This document shows positions 19,622-31,112 of a stretch of DNA of 64,000 bases, one piece after another. How positions within the stretch are numbered: position 1 is the first letter of the stretch; every line of letters begins with the position of its first letter. The stretch is from an uncultured cyanobacterium (GTDB lineage: Bacteria; Cyanobacteriota; Cyanobacteriia; PCC-9006; JAAUQQ01): the NCBI GenBank assembly GCA_963718615.1, contig OY970368.1:5920001-5984000 (forward strand), given 5' to 3'. The position numbers were made by a program, and so were the translations under genes. The notes under the pieces were generated by a model that was not told where the DNA came from, made no database searches, and saw only the letters and a program-made list of their open reading frames with translations.

Positions 19622-20215
19622 CTACAACACCTCACTCAAATCCACCACCAATCCCGGCAATACATCCTCACCACTGAGTTGACCAGGAGAGACCTGCACC
19701 TCCGCAGTAGCTTCACCCACACGATAAATCTCCACAGTTTTCTGTTGGGGATTCACCAACCAACCCAAACGCACACCATTCTCACGATACTCCTGCATCT
19801 TCGCCTGCAAAGTTGTCAAACTATCACTTTTGGACCGCAACTCAATCACAAAATCCGGAACGATCGCCGGAAAAGTCACCGCTGCTGACAGCCCAGCCAG
19901 CTTCTCTTGGGCAATCCAAGTAACATCAGGCGATCGCACTGCTCCAGAAGGCAACACAAACCCGCCCGAAGAATCAAAAACCTCACCCAACCGACTTTGT
20001 AAATTCCACTGGTACACCTGTGAAGCAAGATTAATATTTTTTTTCGAGCTTTCCCAACCGACAGGTGGCATAGTCACCAATTCTCCGTTAGCCGTCAACT
20101 CAAAATTTAGGTCTGGATTATCTAGGCAAATCTGCTGGAATTCAGCAAGAGTCAACCGCAGCGTAACATTGCGGATATCAATGAGTAGCGGTTGAGATGT
20201 CTCTAGAACCTGCAT
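19622..20215 (-). CDS. Uma2 family (DUF820) endonuclease-like protein
   Basis: NPDLNFELTANGELVTMPP, FDSSGGF, RSPDVTW, PDFVIELRS, KMQEYRENGVRLGWLVNP. Confidence 0.92.
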   Translation of the reverse strand: MQVLETSQPLLIDIRNVTLRLTLAEFQQICLDNPDLNFELTANGELVTMPPVGWESSKKNINLASQVYQWNLQSRLGEVFDSSGGFVLPSGAVRSPDVTWIAQEKLAGLSAAVTFPAIVPDFVIELRSKSDSLTTLQAKMQEYRENGVRLGWLVNPQQKTVEIYRVGEATAEVQVSPGQLSGEDVLPGLVVDLSEVL

Positions 20216-20319
20216 AGACTACCTCGAAGCATATCTATCTCCTATTGTAAGTGACAGACACGAGATCAACCCATGCAAATGGAAGCGCTTTTCATCAGTC
20301 TCGATCGCCTTTGACACAG

Positions 20320-20568
20320 TCAGAGCATCCATTTACCCGTATTCAAAACAATGTCACTCATCAACGACAAATGCCTCGTCTCCCGTCGCCACTGAGCAGC
20401 CAATTGCTCGAATCGTTGGGATAAATCTGACGAAGCGTCCAAGGTAGCCGGAAACTCCAGCAATCGCTCTTGCAAAACCTCAGCAGGCGATCGCCCACCT
20501 TCAGCGAGGCGCGCCAACAGCTCATCCGGAATCTCTAAGCTAATCTGTGCCATCGGTTTCTGGCCCAT
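20320..20568 (-). pseudogene. Small antitoxin-like ORF, probably 3'-truncated
   Basis: RHH-like start QISLEIPDELL, then RFEQLAAQWRRET...; the recalled family normally continues HPAYQQIIGMG, which is absent here. Confidence 0.45.
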
Positions 20569-20671
20569 AGAGTCTCCGTCTCAGTGTAGCTTACAGGCTA
20601 ATGGAAGGGGGGAGGTCGCCCACTCCCAGCACCGAAGGTCTTGCTTCACTGCATTTATCAACATTGTCAAT

Positions 20672-20746
20672 CAGCGCCAATTCCAATCCGTCCAAACTCA
20701 CTTGGATAACCTTGATCGCGATACAGCTACACCGAAATGAGGAGAC
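20672..20746 (+). repeat. 75-nt direct repeat, copy 1
   Basis: 68/75 identical to 22471-22545. Confidence 0.9.
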
Positions 20747-20752
20747 AAATCG

Positions 20753-20947
20753 ATGAACTCAAACGTCAAGTTTCAGGCGCAGATTCAGAGCATGAAAGCC
20801 CAGATTGAAGCGATGCGAGCCGAAACTGAAGCCTCTGCCAAGCAGCATGACGACTGGGTTGCCCAGCAAAATCAACGGCAGTCCAAATCCATACTGGCCC
20901 GCATCGTCCACAGCGTCCTGGTTGCACTGAAACTCATGGCCTCGTGA
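20753..20947 (+). CDS. 64-aa hypothetical protein (coiled coil plus hydrophobic C-terminus)
   Basis: GAGGAG ribosome-binding site upstream of ATG. Confidence 0.6.
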   Translation: MNSNVKFQAQIQSMKAQIEAMRAETEASAKQHDDWVAQQNQRQSKSILARIVHSVLVALKLMAS

Positions 20948-21110
20948 GCGATCGCCTCCTCGCCACCTTCGGCACCAGGGAAGACGATCGCCTTCACCCA
21001 GCTCCAGAGGATCGCCCCGTCGAAACCAGCATCAACGACATCTAAAAAGCCATCTCTGACAGCGTTACAATTAAATCTCCCCCTCAACTCTCACCTAAGG
21101 AGGCGTAGCG

Positions 21111-21473
21111 ATGACCATCCAAGACACCGCCATCGAAAAACTCCGCCACCTTCCCGACCCCCTCGCCCAACTGGTCAACGACTTCATCGACATCCTCCTC
21201 AACCAGTGGGCCAAACTCCCCCAATACCGATCCCATCAGACCCCGCTCACGCCAGCCTCTACCTTTACCGCACTAGCTCCAGATCCCCAAACCGCCTGGG
21301 ATAGCGCCATGGCCCAAATCGCCAACCCCGACCCCAATCAACATGCCGCAGTCACCCATCTCTTCGCGACTTGGGCCACAGAAAACGACGCAGCAGAACA
21401 ACAACAAACTCTCCAATGGCTCACCCGAGCCCTAGACGAAGATCGCCTCTCCGATTGCCCCCTCTTCCCATGA
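21111..21473 (+). CDS. Antitoxin-like protein (DUF2281-like N-terminus)
   Basis: AAGGAGG RBS; IEKLRHLPDPLAQLVNDFID; ends ALDEDRLSDCPLFP with ATGA overlap into the next gene. Confidence 0.65.
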   Translation: MTIQDTAIEKLRHLPDPLAQLVNDFIDILLNQWAKLPQYRSHQTPLTPASTFTALAPDPQTAWDSAMAQIANPDPNQHAAVTHLFATWATENDAAEQQQTLQWLTRALDEDRLSDCPLFP

Positions 21474-21583
21474 GTCGTATCGTTCTATTCGTCAAAAATA
21501 ACGGTCACGAAGTCATTGTCGCGACCTCCAATGTCGGCCATCTCACCCGATTTATTGCAGCCGCAGACTGGCAGGCCATTTAG
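21470..21583 (+). pseudogene. Internally deleted PIN-domain toxin remnant (37 aa)
   Basis: MSRIVL start fused directly to a PIN-type C-terminus VIVATSNVGHLTRF...DWQAI. Confidence 0.6.
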
Positions 21584-21651
21584 GAAATTGAGCGTTAAAC
21601 CGATGTGCTACGAGCGATCCTAATTTCCACCTTTATTAAATCAATAACGCC

Positions 21652-21930
21652 ATGCCTCCGATCCAACTCCTAGACATCGCAACGACCCTCAAACCCATCC
21701 CTGCCCAAAAACTAACCCTCGTAGAACCCGAGCATCAATCCATCGCCAGCCTTCCCACCGGACAAGTGGGCACAATCGTTGAAATCTATCCCACCGAACA
21801 ATCCTCTACCGATCAACCTAAATATCTGATCGAATTTGCCGACACCCAAGGCCGCGAATACGCCATGGTCATCCTGCGCGCCGATGAGATCCTCGTCCTG
21901 CACTACGAGCTAGCCGTCGCCGCAGGCTGA
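21652..21930 (+). CDS. DUF4926 domain protein
   Basis: IQLLDI...LPTGQVGTIVEIY...YLIEFADTQGREYAM. Confidence 0.8.
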   Translation: MPPIQLLDIATTLKPIPAQKLTLVEPEHQSIASLPTGQVGTIVEIYPTEQSSTDQPKYLIEFADTQGREYAMVILRADEILVLHYELAVAAG

Positions 21931-22142
21931 AGCAACGCCAAAATTGGCAAACTCAACGGTTGCTGCCCCACCCGCTTAGAAAAAAACAAAATTTCCAACA
22001 TCTCAATATTGCCCGACTCCGGATTCACCCGAGCCAACACCTCATCCGCCAACTCCTCCATTTCCTGCTCAGCATAGCTAGAACAAAGCTGAATCGTCAG
22101 AATATCGCCCACCGGGTCATAACAGAACGTCAAATTTCCCAT
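21903..22142 (-). CDS. DUF2283-like putative antitoxin
   Basis: MGNLTFCYDPVGDILTI...NPESGNIEMLEILFFSKR; ATG at 22142. Confidence 0.65.
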   Translation of the reverse strand: MGNLTFCYDPVGDILTIQLCSSYAEQEMEELADEVLARVNPESGNIEMLEILFFSKRVGQQPLSLPILALLQPAATASS

Positions 22143-22146
22143 GATC

Positions 22147-22410
22147 TCAACTTCCTCCAGCAAGCTTACGCGCAGTGTAGGCCGTAATAATCCAATGACG
22201 AGTTGGGTCGCTATCTGAAATTGTAACAACCACAAAGTAGCGCCCAGTACGAATGGAATCAAACCACTTGGAAAATCGCAGTCCTCTGTGATCGCGATCG
22301 CTAGGCCGCACCAGATCTGGCTCAGCTAAGGTCTCCACCAGCTCTGAACGATAATCAGGCAGCGTTCCCGGATGGCTGACCCTAATGTGTTGTTCCCGCT
22401 CATCCGTTAA
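22147..22410 (-). pseudogene. 5'-truncated RelE/PBECR-like nuclease toxin
   Basis: LTDEREQHI...HP...ETLAEPDLV...VVV...WIITAY; similarity stops at about 22410, where an unrelated plus-strand fragment begins. Confidence 0.55.
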
Positions 22411-22470
22411 GGCATCGACGCCGACATCTGGCAAACCCTCACCTACACCCAAAAAGTTAAAATCCTCATC

Positions 22471-22545
22471 CAGCGCCAACTCCAATCCGTCCAAACCCAC
22501 TTGGACAACCTTGACCGCGAGACAGCCATACCGAAATGAGGAGAC
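22471..22545 (+). repeat. 75-nt direct repeat, copy 2
   Basis: 68/75 identical to 20672-20746; encodes QRQLQSVQTHLDNLDRETAIPK-stop plus GGAG. Confidence 0.9.
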
Positions 22546-22567
22546 CACTAGATTGCTCACTCCGTTT

Positions 22568-23785
22568 CTAGGCAATACTGCCCCGCTTCCGTGCTTCCTT
22601 GTAGGATGTGCCCACATTCTTCAACCCTGCTTTGACCATTTGCCGTTCCAGCATGCCGAAAAAGCGCTGGCGATCGCCCCCCCGCACCACCGCCTGATTA
22701 TGGGCCTCCGCCAACGCCACCGGATAGCCATAGCCCTTCTGCACCTGCCCCAGCATTAAACTCAACGCCGAATCGAGAAACGCTGGATCCCTCGCCACCC
22801 AAGCGGGAACCTCCACCCGCGCAATTTCGCTGCCCACATGGACATAGCAAAAATAAACCGTTTGCTGGGGACCATAGTCCGCCAAAACCTTCGCCGAGCT
22901 GCGCCAGAGCGGTCCCCGTTCTCCCGGCTCTAAATAGCTTGACCAAAGCGTCACATCCCGCAAGGCAGACAGGGTTTGGCAAGGCGCAGCATCGATTTTG
23001 CCCCCACAGTGCGTCTCGCAATCAGGATAGTTGTAAGGACAAGTCTGAAGTCGCAGAAAATTGAGCGATTCGGTGCTGCGCGAGGCGCTAATGTAGCTCA
23101 GGAGTGGGATCTTTTGGTGCTGCAACTGTTCCCAGGCCGTGAGAATGGGAGGAAGAATGCGATCGCGCGCCTCCCCCGGCAATCCCTCCAAAAACCAATA
23201 AATCAACGACCCATCCACCATCGCCAATATCGGTGCAACCCCGTAGGGACGAACCGCCGTTCGTCCAGATTCTGCCGTTTGTCCCAGCCCTTGCCCCAAC
23301 TCCGCCAGAATTTCGATTTCCGAAACCGTCCGTCGATACCCCATCCATTCCTCCGTGCGAATCCCCCAGGGTCGCGATTCGTAGAGATCTTCCGGTTGAT
23401 AGACAATTTCCGGCAAACTATCGAGCTGGGGATGGCGACTTTGGCCATAGTGGAGGACAACGCGACCAATATTGATCAGATAACAATAGGCAATTTCGTG
23501 GTGGCTGGGGGCAATTTGGGAACCGTCCGTGGCGAGGATCGTGTGTTGAGGGGGGGGAGGGGCGATCGCCACCCGTGTTTCCAACGGTTCCATCGGTTCA
23601 GCGGCAGTGAAGGCAAGGCGATCGCCCCAGTCCAGGAGCTTTTGGGCTAACTCTGCTTGCTGGGGTTGGGCTTGGGCGACCAACCGCCGGGCACGTTCCA
23701 GGCGCTTTTGACTAGCGATCGCCTCCTGGGCCAAATGATCACTAATCCCCTGCATTTGTCGGGCCAACTGAGTGAGGTCTAGCAT
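22568..23785 (-). CDS. nurA: NurA family nuclease
   Basis: ATDGSQI, MVDGSLIYW, ARVEVPAW, GYPVALAEAHNQAVV. Confidence 0.88.
   Translation of the reverse strand: MLDLTQLARQMQGISDHLAQEAIASQKRLERARRLVAQAQPQQAELAQKLLDWGDRLAFTAAEPMEPLETRVAIAPPPPQHTILATDGSQIAPSHHEIAYCYLINIGRVVLHYGQSRHPQLDSLPEIVYQPEDLYESRPWGIRTEEWMGYRRTVSEIEILAELGQGLGQTAESGRTAVRPYGVAPILAMVDGSLIYWFLEGLPGEARDRILPPILTAWEQLQHQKIPLLSYISASRSTESLNFLRLQTCPYNYPDCETHCGGKIDAAPCQTLSALRDVTLWSSYLEPGERGPLWRSSAKVLADYGPQQTVYFCYVHVGSEIARVEVPAWVARDPAFLDSALSLMLGQVQKGYGYPVALAEAHNQAVVRGGDRQRFFGMLERQMVKAGLKNVGTSYKEARKRGSIA
23243..23266 (+). repeat. GTAG-type REP-like palindrome inside nurA
   Basis: GTAG-GGACGAAC-CGCC-GTTCGTCC, perfect 8-bp stem. Confidence 0.7.
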
Positions 23786-23836
23786 GGTCGTTTACCCGTG
23801 ATCTTTTTGCCCGTGCTCTCTTTACCAGTGCTCTCT

Positions 23837-24658
23837 TTACCAGTGCTCTAGGGGGTCCGTAAACCGTTGTAAGCTGAGCAGCGAAATTTGAGAATCCGCT
23901 TGGGCGGCTTGGCGATCGCCCTCCAGGTTATAGCCCCAGTCTACCAAGAACAATCGTACTTCCTGCAAATCTTCTTGGGCCTGGACCCCCCGCAGGGCTT
24001 CAAGACGATCTTCGACAAACCAGAGGCTGGGGTTTCTCCCTTCCTGGGCGTTGAATTGTGCTTTGAGGTCGCGCAGGGTCTGGTATTTGGGCTGTTTGAT
24101 TGCTTTGCCGATGATTTGAGCCGGGTCCAGGGCCACGCCCGCCTCGGCCAACAATTGCTGGATAAAGCGGCCTTCCTTGGTAGAGACGATAAACAGTTGG
24201 GTGGAGCTGGCTTGGATGGCTTGGAGTTGGCCGAGAACGCCGGGATAGAAGCGGTGGAGGGCGAGCCATTGGTCTAGGTTCGTTTGGATTTGGCGATCGC
24301 GCTCCCCATCCACTTGCTGGGCTAACTGCCGAGGGTCTTGGCGTTCATTTTCGCCTCCATATTCCCGTTCATTCTCCAGAATGGCTTGCCGCACCTGAGG
24401 CCAATCCGCCAAAATCGCGGCTTCATCCACTCCCTGCACCAAACCAGCAATCAGCACTGGCATTTCCCACCCAGTTTCAATCACCGGACGCAGGCGATAG
24501 AACTGCTCAGCCAGACCCTGGGGCGGCGTTATCTTGGTTGCGATCTCGGCAATCCGCCAAGCCCGCCCATAGGCCTGCCAAGCGGTTTGAAAGTATTCCT
24601 GGAGTCCATCACAAATGACCCCATCAAAGTCCAGGGCAAGAAGATCCGGGGGCTGCAT
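23837..24658 (-). CDS. HAD family hydrolase
   Basis: LALDFDGVICDG, VSTKEGRF, FVEDRL, LVDWGYN; ATG at 24658. Confidence 0.85.
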   Translation of the reverse strand: MQPPDLLALDFDGVICDGLQEYFQTAWQAYGRAWRIAEIATKITPPQGLAEQFYRLRPVIETGWEMPVLIAGLVQGVDEAAILADWPQVRQAILENEREYGGENERQDPRQLAQQVDGERDRQIQTNLDQWLALHRFYPGVLGQLQAIQASSTQLFIVSTKEGRFIQQLLAEAGVALDPAQIIGKAIKQPKYQTLRDLKAQFNAQEGRNPSLWFVEDRLEALRGVQAQEDLQEVRLFLVDWGYNLEGDRQAAQADSQISLLSLQRFTDPLEHW

Positions 24659-24782
24659 GATTCGGGATGGGGATAAAAGGATAAACACAAGGATAAACAC
24701 AAGAAAGGACGCGAGGCGATCGCGTCCTTCTGATTTAGCTGAGTTAGCCAAAGATTGGCTTTTAGCTGGAGATTGGCTGAAG

Positions 24783-24854
24783 CTGGGGTGCTAGGATTCG
24801 AACCCAGGAATGGCGAGACCAAAACCCGCTGCCTTACCACTTGGCGACACCCCA
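24783..24854 (-). tRNA. trnQ: tRNA-Gln(TTG)
   Basis: TGGGGTGTCGCCAAGTGGTAAGGCAGCGGGTTTTGGTCTCGCCATTCCTGGGTTCGAATCCTAGCACCCCAG folds as a cloverleaf; CCA not encoded. Confidence 0.96.
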
Positions 24855-24872
24855 TTGGTGTTTGCCTTTGTA

Positions 24873-24903
24873 AGAATAACAGCAGGCACCGGGGAGGTGT
24901 CAA
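24873..24903 (-). promoter_or_regulatory. Putative promoter of tRNA-Gln
   Basis: TTGACA and extended -10 TG-T-TATTCT; the 19-nt spacer is long. Confidence 0.4.
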
Positions 24904-24958
24904 GATCTTCCCCAAAAAATCTTTGAGGAACGTTCAAGAGTGGATCTAAAGAGCGGAT

Positions 24959-26968
<2,010 letters not shown>

Positions 26969-27027
26969 AGAGGGACGAAACTTCAAAAGGATAAAAGGAC
27001 AGATCAAAACGTAGAAAAAAGAGTTTG

Positions 27028-28221
27028 TTAAACCACCGAACCGGGAAACCGCATGGGCGTAGCCGGATGACTCCGAGCCTTTGCAACATCACAGTCAGAC
27101 GCTGAGGTCTGTCCCTTAAGGGGTCTGACAAAACCAGTAGCGATCGCCACCGCTTGCTGAAACAGATCGGGGTGATCTTCCAGGAGTCCCGGTCGATCTT
27201 CCAAGGCCGTCAGCACCGGCAAGAGTGCCGCACGGGCCGAGCTACCATAGGCAACCCCGGCGATCGTGCGTTTCCCTAATCGGTCCTGTATACGGTCCTG
27301 CTGCAGCAAGCCCAGGGTGCGGAGTTTGGCCACGGTGTATCGATTCGTGCCGCCCGCGAGTTGAATAAAGCCCGGCAGATGATGCGCGTGCAGTTGCAAC
27401 ACCTTCTTCGCCAGTTGAATCGTGGCATGGGTGGTGCCCGCGCCAATGTCGCCACTCATAGGGCGACCATCGGTTTGCCAAATCAAAACCAGTCGGTCTG
27501 GACCTTGATCTGGCGCTTCTGGATCTGGCCCGCCTAGGGTTTTGAGCTCCGGAGCCATGATTTGGTAAAGCTGTTGCAAATAGTCGGTGATGCCATCGCC
27601 ATCGGGACAGCTCACGGCAACGAGTTTCAGCTGAGAAAGCCAAGGGGCGATCGCGCCCCACAACCGCTGAAAGCCCTCAATGTGACCGACCTGGGTATGG
27701 ATCTCAACGGCATCTATGCCCATCTTGGTCACCAATGCCATGACGCTCGCCGGAGCCGATAGATAAGCGCGAGTCGTGATCTGCCCCACCGGACAAACGG
27801 GTAAGCAGCGACCACAACCATAGCAGCGGCTGTCGAGCACCCCACTGGTTGATTCCGATGAAAAGACAATTGCCTGGGCCGGGCAAATCCGTTCGCAGGG
27901 CCGGGGGCAATCTCTGGGACACCGTTGGGGATCAAACTCGGCCTTGCGGAAATGGGGATCTTCGCCGTCGTTGAGGCTGACCATGAGGAGGGGTCGGTCA
28001 AGACCTCGGCGATCGCGTTCCGGCTGGGCCACCCGAATCCCCTCTAAAGCCGCAGCCACCACAGCGGGATCAGCCGCCACATCAACACAGTCTGCGCCAC
28101 TCCAGGCATAGGCCAATGCCAAGCTGCGGACGCTCGGCAAATGTTGGAAACTGGCACCACAAATGAGCTTAAACCAGTGACCGTCTTCCAGGGATCGTAG
28201 GGGATGGTGTAATGAACTCAC
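27028..28221 (-). CDS. ldpA: Circadian input Fe-S protein LdpA
   Basis: [61 protein letters not shown]. Confidence 0.92.
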   Translation of the reverse strand: MSSLHHPLRSLEDGHWFKLICGASFQHLPSVRSLALAYAWSGADCVDVAADPAVVAAALEGIRVAQPERDRRGLDRPLLMVSLNDGEDPHFRKAEFDPQRCPRDCPRPCERICPAQAIVFSSESTSGVLDSRCYGCGRCLPVCPVGQITTRAYLSAPASVMALVTKMGIDAVEIHTQVGHIEGFQRLWGAIAPWLSQLKLVAVSCPDGDGITDYLQQLYQIMAPELKTLGGPDPEAPDQGPDRLVLIWQTDGRPMSGDIGAGTTHATIQLAKKVLQLHAHHLPGFIQLAGGTNRYTVAKLRTLGLLQQDRIQDRLGKRTIAGVAYGSSARAALLPVLTALEDRPGLLEDHPDLFQQAVAIATGFVRPLKGQTSASDCDVAKARSHPATPMRFPGSVV

Positions 28222-28345
28222 CCTTTGATATTAGCGTCAATTCAAGGCGTCGGTAGGCTAAGCGTACCAATTTCCTCCTTGATCCCCGGTAGTTTACAAA
28301 ACAAAACCGAAAACAGATCCCCAAACCCAGATCCCCAAACCCGAT

Positions 28346-28837
28346 CTAAATCAATTCGCTTAGGGGTTTCCAGCTAAACTGGCGATCGCCCCCCATTTCC
28401 ACAACGATTTTGATCCGGCTCTCTTTTTTCGGCAGGTTCACTAAATAGCTCAGCTCTTGCTTCGAAAGCACCTGGCCCTCTATTAGCCAAAGCAACACGC
28501 CCTTGGTTTTGGCATCCAACTCGCCCAACTGGCAGCTCAAAATCGGGGGCACAAAATAAACAGGACCGACAGCCGCTTCACGGCCAATGGTCTTTTTACC
28601 CAAGTGGGGCGGACGCACCCCGTGGACCCCATTCAGATAGCGGTCCAAATCGCCCAGCCCCCGTGCCGTCAGGGAAACGGCTCGATAGCCGGAGGCCCGA
28701 GCTCGCCGTAGATAGCGACCTTCCATTCCCCCTTCCAGGGGCGCATAGACCGCCAGGGCTCCGGCCTGCTCCAATGCCTTAATAAACGGACGACCTGTGC
28801 TCAGAATCGGCGGAAAAGAAAGGGCAGAGAAAACCAT
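28346..28837 (-). CDS. ndhN: NAD(P)H-quinone oxidoreductase subunit N
   Basis: GALAVYAPLEGG.EGRY.RR.RA.GY...ARGLGDL...HGVRPPHLGK. Confidence 0.93.
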   Translation of the reverse strand: MVFSALSFPPILSTGRPFIKALEQAGALAVYAPLEGGMEGRYLRRARASGYRAVSLTARGLGDLDRYLNGVHGVRPPHLGKKTIGREAAVGPVYFVPPILSCQLGELDAKTKGVLLWLIEGQVLSKQELSYLVNLPKKESRIKIVVEMGGDRQFSWKPLSELI

Positions 28838-28951
28838 AGGGATGGAGCACTTGCTAAACAATATTCTTCCGTTGCCTATTGTGGCCTATTGTATAGCGCC
28901 AGTCTATCTCCCCGGTTCAACCTGGGCCGTTCAAAAAAATCCGTATTCATA

Positions 28952-28980
28952 TAGACAAAACGGTCCCCTATCCCTATACT
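28952..28980 (+). promoter_or_regulatory. Sigma70-type promoter of the ribosomal protein superoperon
   Basis: TAGACA-N17-TATACT about 410 nt upstream of rplC. Confidence 0.6.
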
Positions 28981-29389
28981 GAATAACTGCCGCCAAAATT
29001 GGGGGTTGACCTTAAACGAGCGTTCGACAACTGTTAGGCGAACGTTTTAAGGCAGCTCATCAGAAAGTGCGAATGAGATGACCCGTAAGGGTTAAGCTTG
29101 CCAAGCGTTTCTGGTTGTTCAGGGATACTGGGAGAACCTCTCCTAAGTCCTGGCAAGTTGCGGTTAAGAAGTGAAACCTGTCTTTCGTTGCCGAAAATCC
29201 TTAGGATTTTGGGCGTTGGAGTTCGGTTGCCAGAATACGAGCAGTTACAAGGGCTCTTTCCCGAAGAGCGCTTGCCTGTTTTGCTGCTTGCTAATTCGGG
29301 TGGGTTGCGTGTGTCGCACAATCTCATAGTTGATATGCGCATCATAGCCCCGCTTCCACTGTCCTGTATGTATAGGGAGAACATTTGCC

Positions 29390-30025
29390 GTGTCTATCGG
29401 TATTCTCGGCACCAAGGTGGGGATGACCCAAATTTTTGACGAAGCAGGAAAGGCAATCCCTGTGACCGTCATTCAGGCTGGTCCTTGCACCGTTACCCAG
29501 GTGAAGACCCAGCAAACTGACGGCTATGAAGCTGTGCAGTTGGGCTATGGCGAAACTCGCGAAAAGCTCCTGAATAAGCCTCAAAAAGGCCATCTGGCCA
29601 AATCGAACGCGGGCAATCTGCGTCACCTCAAGGAGTACCGCGTGGATAGCGCCGGATCCTATGAGCTCGGTCAGGCGATCGGCGTAGATCGGTTTGAGTC
29701 GGGCCAGTTGATCGATGTAACGGGTAAAACCATGGGGCGTGGTTTTTCGGGTTACCAAAAACGTCACAACTTTAAGCGGGGTCCCATGACCCACGGTTCG
29801 AAAAACCACCGTCAGCCGGGTTCTACGGGAGCCGGTACGACCCCTGGGCGGATCTATCCCGGTAAGCGCATGGCGGGTCGCTATGGCAACGAACAAGTTA
29901 CGGTTCGGAAGCTTACCGTTGTACGGGTGGACACCGAGCAAAACTTGATTTTGGTTCGCGGTGCGGTCCCTGGCAAGCCTGGAGCCCTCCTCAGTATCGC
30001 GCCAGCCAACATCGTTGGACGTTAA
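29390..30025 (+). CDS. rplC: 50S ribosomal protein L3
   Basis: [30 protein letters not shown]. Confidence 0.98.
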   Translation: MSIGILGTKVGMTQIFDEAGKAIPVTVIQAGPCTVTQVKTQQTDGYEAVQLGYGETREKLLNKPQKGHLAKSNAGNLRHLKEYRVDSAGSYELGQAIGVDRFESGQLIDVTGKTMGRGFSGYQKRHNFKRGPMTHGSKNHRQPGSTGAGTTPGRIYPGKRMAGRYGNEQVTVRKLTVVRVDTEQNLILVRGAVPGKPGALLSIAPANIVGR

Positions 30026-30105
30026 GGGATTGGCTGTGGCCGGTCAAGAATGGGGCACGTCCTTCGTGCGATCGCATTTGAGTGCAAAGGCAGAGGAATT
30101 GAGAG

Positions 30106-30738
30106 ATGGTTGATTGCGACGTTAAAGATTGGCAGGGAGAATCCGCCGGTAAGGCATCCCTAGACCTCAAAACGGCAAAAGAAGAAAACGCCCGCCACAT
30201 TGTTCACCGGGCGCTGGTGCGCCAACTGGCCAATGCTCGCCAGGGAACGGTATCGACTAAAACCCGTGCTGAAGTCCGGGGGGGCGGTCGGAAGCCTTGG
30301 CGGCAAAAAGGAACGGGTCGGGCCCGTGCCGGTTCGATTCGGTCGCCGTTGTGGCGGGGTGGGGGTGTCATTTTTGGCCCCAAGCCTCGGGACTATAGCC
30401 TCAAGATGAACCGCAAAGAGCGGCGTCTTGCGCTCCGGACCGCCCTGATCAGCCGCTCGGAAGACTTGATTGTGGTCAAAGAGTTTGCGGAGCAGCTCCC
30501 CCGTCCCAAAACCAAGTCCTTTATGGAAGCGGTTGAGCGTTGGGGCATTGAAGCCGGTCAAAAGGTTTTGTTGATCGTGGCGGAGAAAAACGAGAATGTC
30601 TATCTCTCGGTCCGCAATATTGCCACGGTCAAGCTGATCCTGGCAGATAGTCTTAATGTTTATGACCTGCTCAATGCCGACAAGATTGTCAGCACTGAAG
30701 CGGCGATCGCAAAAATCCAGGAGGTTTACGGTGAGTAA
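30106..30738 (+). CDS. rplD: 50S ribosomal protein L4
   Basis: [26 protein letters not shown]. Confidence 0.98.
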   Translation: MVDCDVKDWQGESAGKASLDLKTAKEENARHIVHRALVRQLANARQGTVSTKTRAEVRGGGRKPWRQKGTGRARAGSIRSPLWRGGGVIFGPKPRDYSLKMNRKERRLALRTALISRSEDLIVVKEFAEQLPRPKTKSFMEAVERWGIEAGQKVLLIVAEKNENVYLSVRNIATVKLILADSLNVYDLLNADKIVSTEAAIAKIQEVYGE

Positions 30739-31036
30739 AAGATTTGAAGCCCGCGACTTAGCGGATATCATTTATCGCCCCATCATTACCGAGAAAGCCA
30801 CGCGCCTCCTGGAAGAAAACCAGTACACCTTTGAGGTGGATCCTCGGGCCGCTAAGCCCGATATCAAGGCGGCGATCGAATCTTTGTTTAATGTCAAAGT
30901 CGTTGGGATTAGCACCCTGCGCCCTCCCCGCAAAAAGCGTCGCGTCGGTCAATACGTCGGCCATCGCGCCCAGGTTAAGCGCGCCATCGTTAAGCTCGCC
31001 GAGGGAGATAGCATTACCCTCTTCCCCGAAGTTTAA
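30731..31036 (+). CDS. rplW: 50S ribosomal protein L23
   Basis: PIITEKAT...NQYTFEVD; GTG start overlapping rplD. Confidence 0.96.
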   Translation: MSKRFEARDLADIIYRPIITEKATRLLEENQYTFEVDPRAAKPDIKAAIESLFNVKVVGISTLRPPRKKRRVGQYVGHRAQVKRAIVKLAEGDSITLFPEV

Positions 31037-31112
31037 GTTCGCTGCGGTCGAACTCCCCCTTGGGATGAACCGCTCCTGCTCACTGTCGCACTGATGTATC
31101 AGGTTTGAAGAA

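Noticed and set aside
19622-22545. Integron cassette array or prophage
   Set aside because: No integrase, recognisable attC sites or phage genes; orientations are mixed
22568-23785. nurA as part of a NurA-HerA defence or repair operon
   Set aside because: No herA-type ATPase is adjacent; it reads as the ordinary stand-alone cyanobacterial gene
24783-24854. tRNA-Gln as the integration site of the accessory region
   Set aside because: No duplicated tRNA 3' end was seen, and core HAD and nurA genes lie between it and the hotspot
24529-24949. ORFs overlapping the tRNA gene
   Set aside because: They are translations of the tRNA and its flanks
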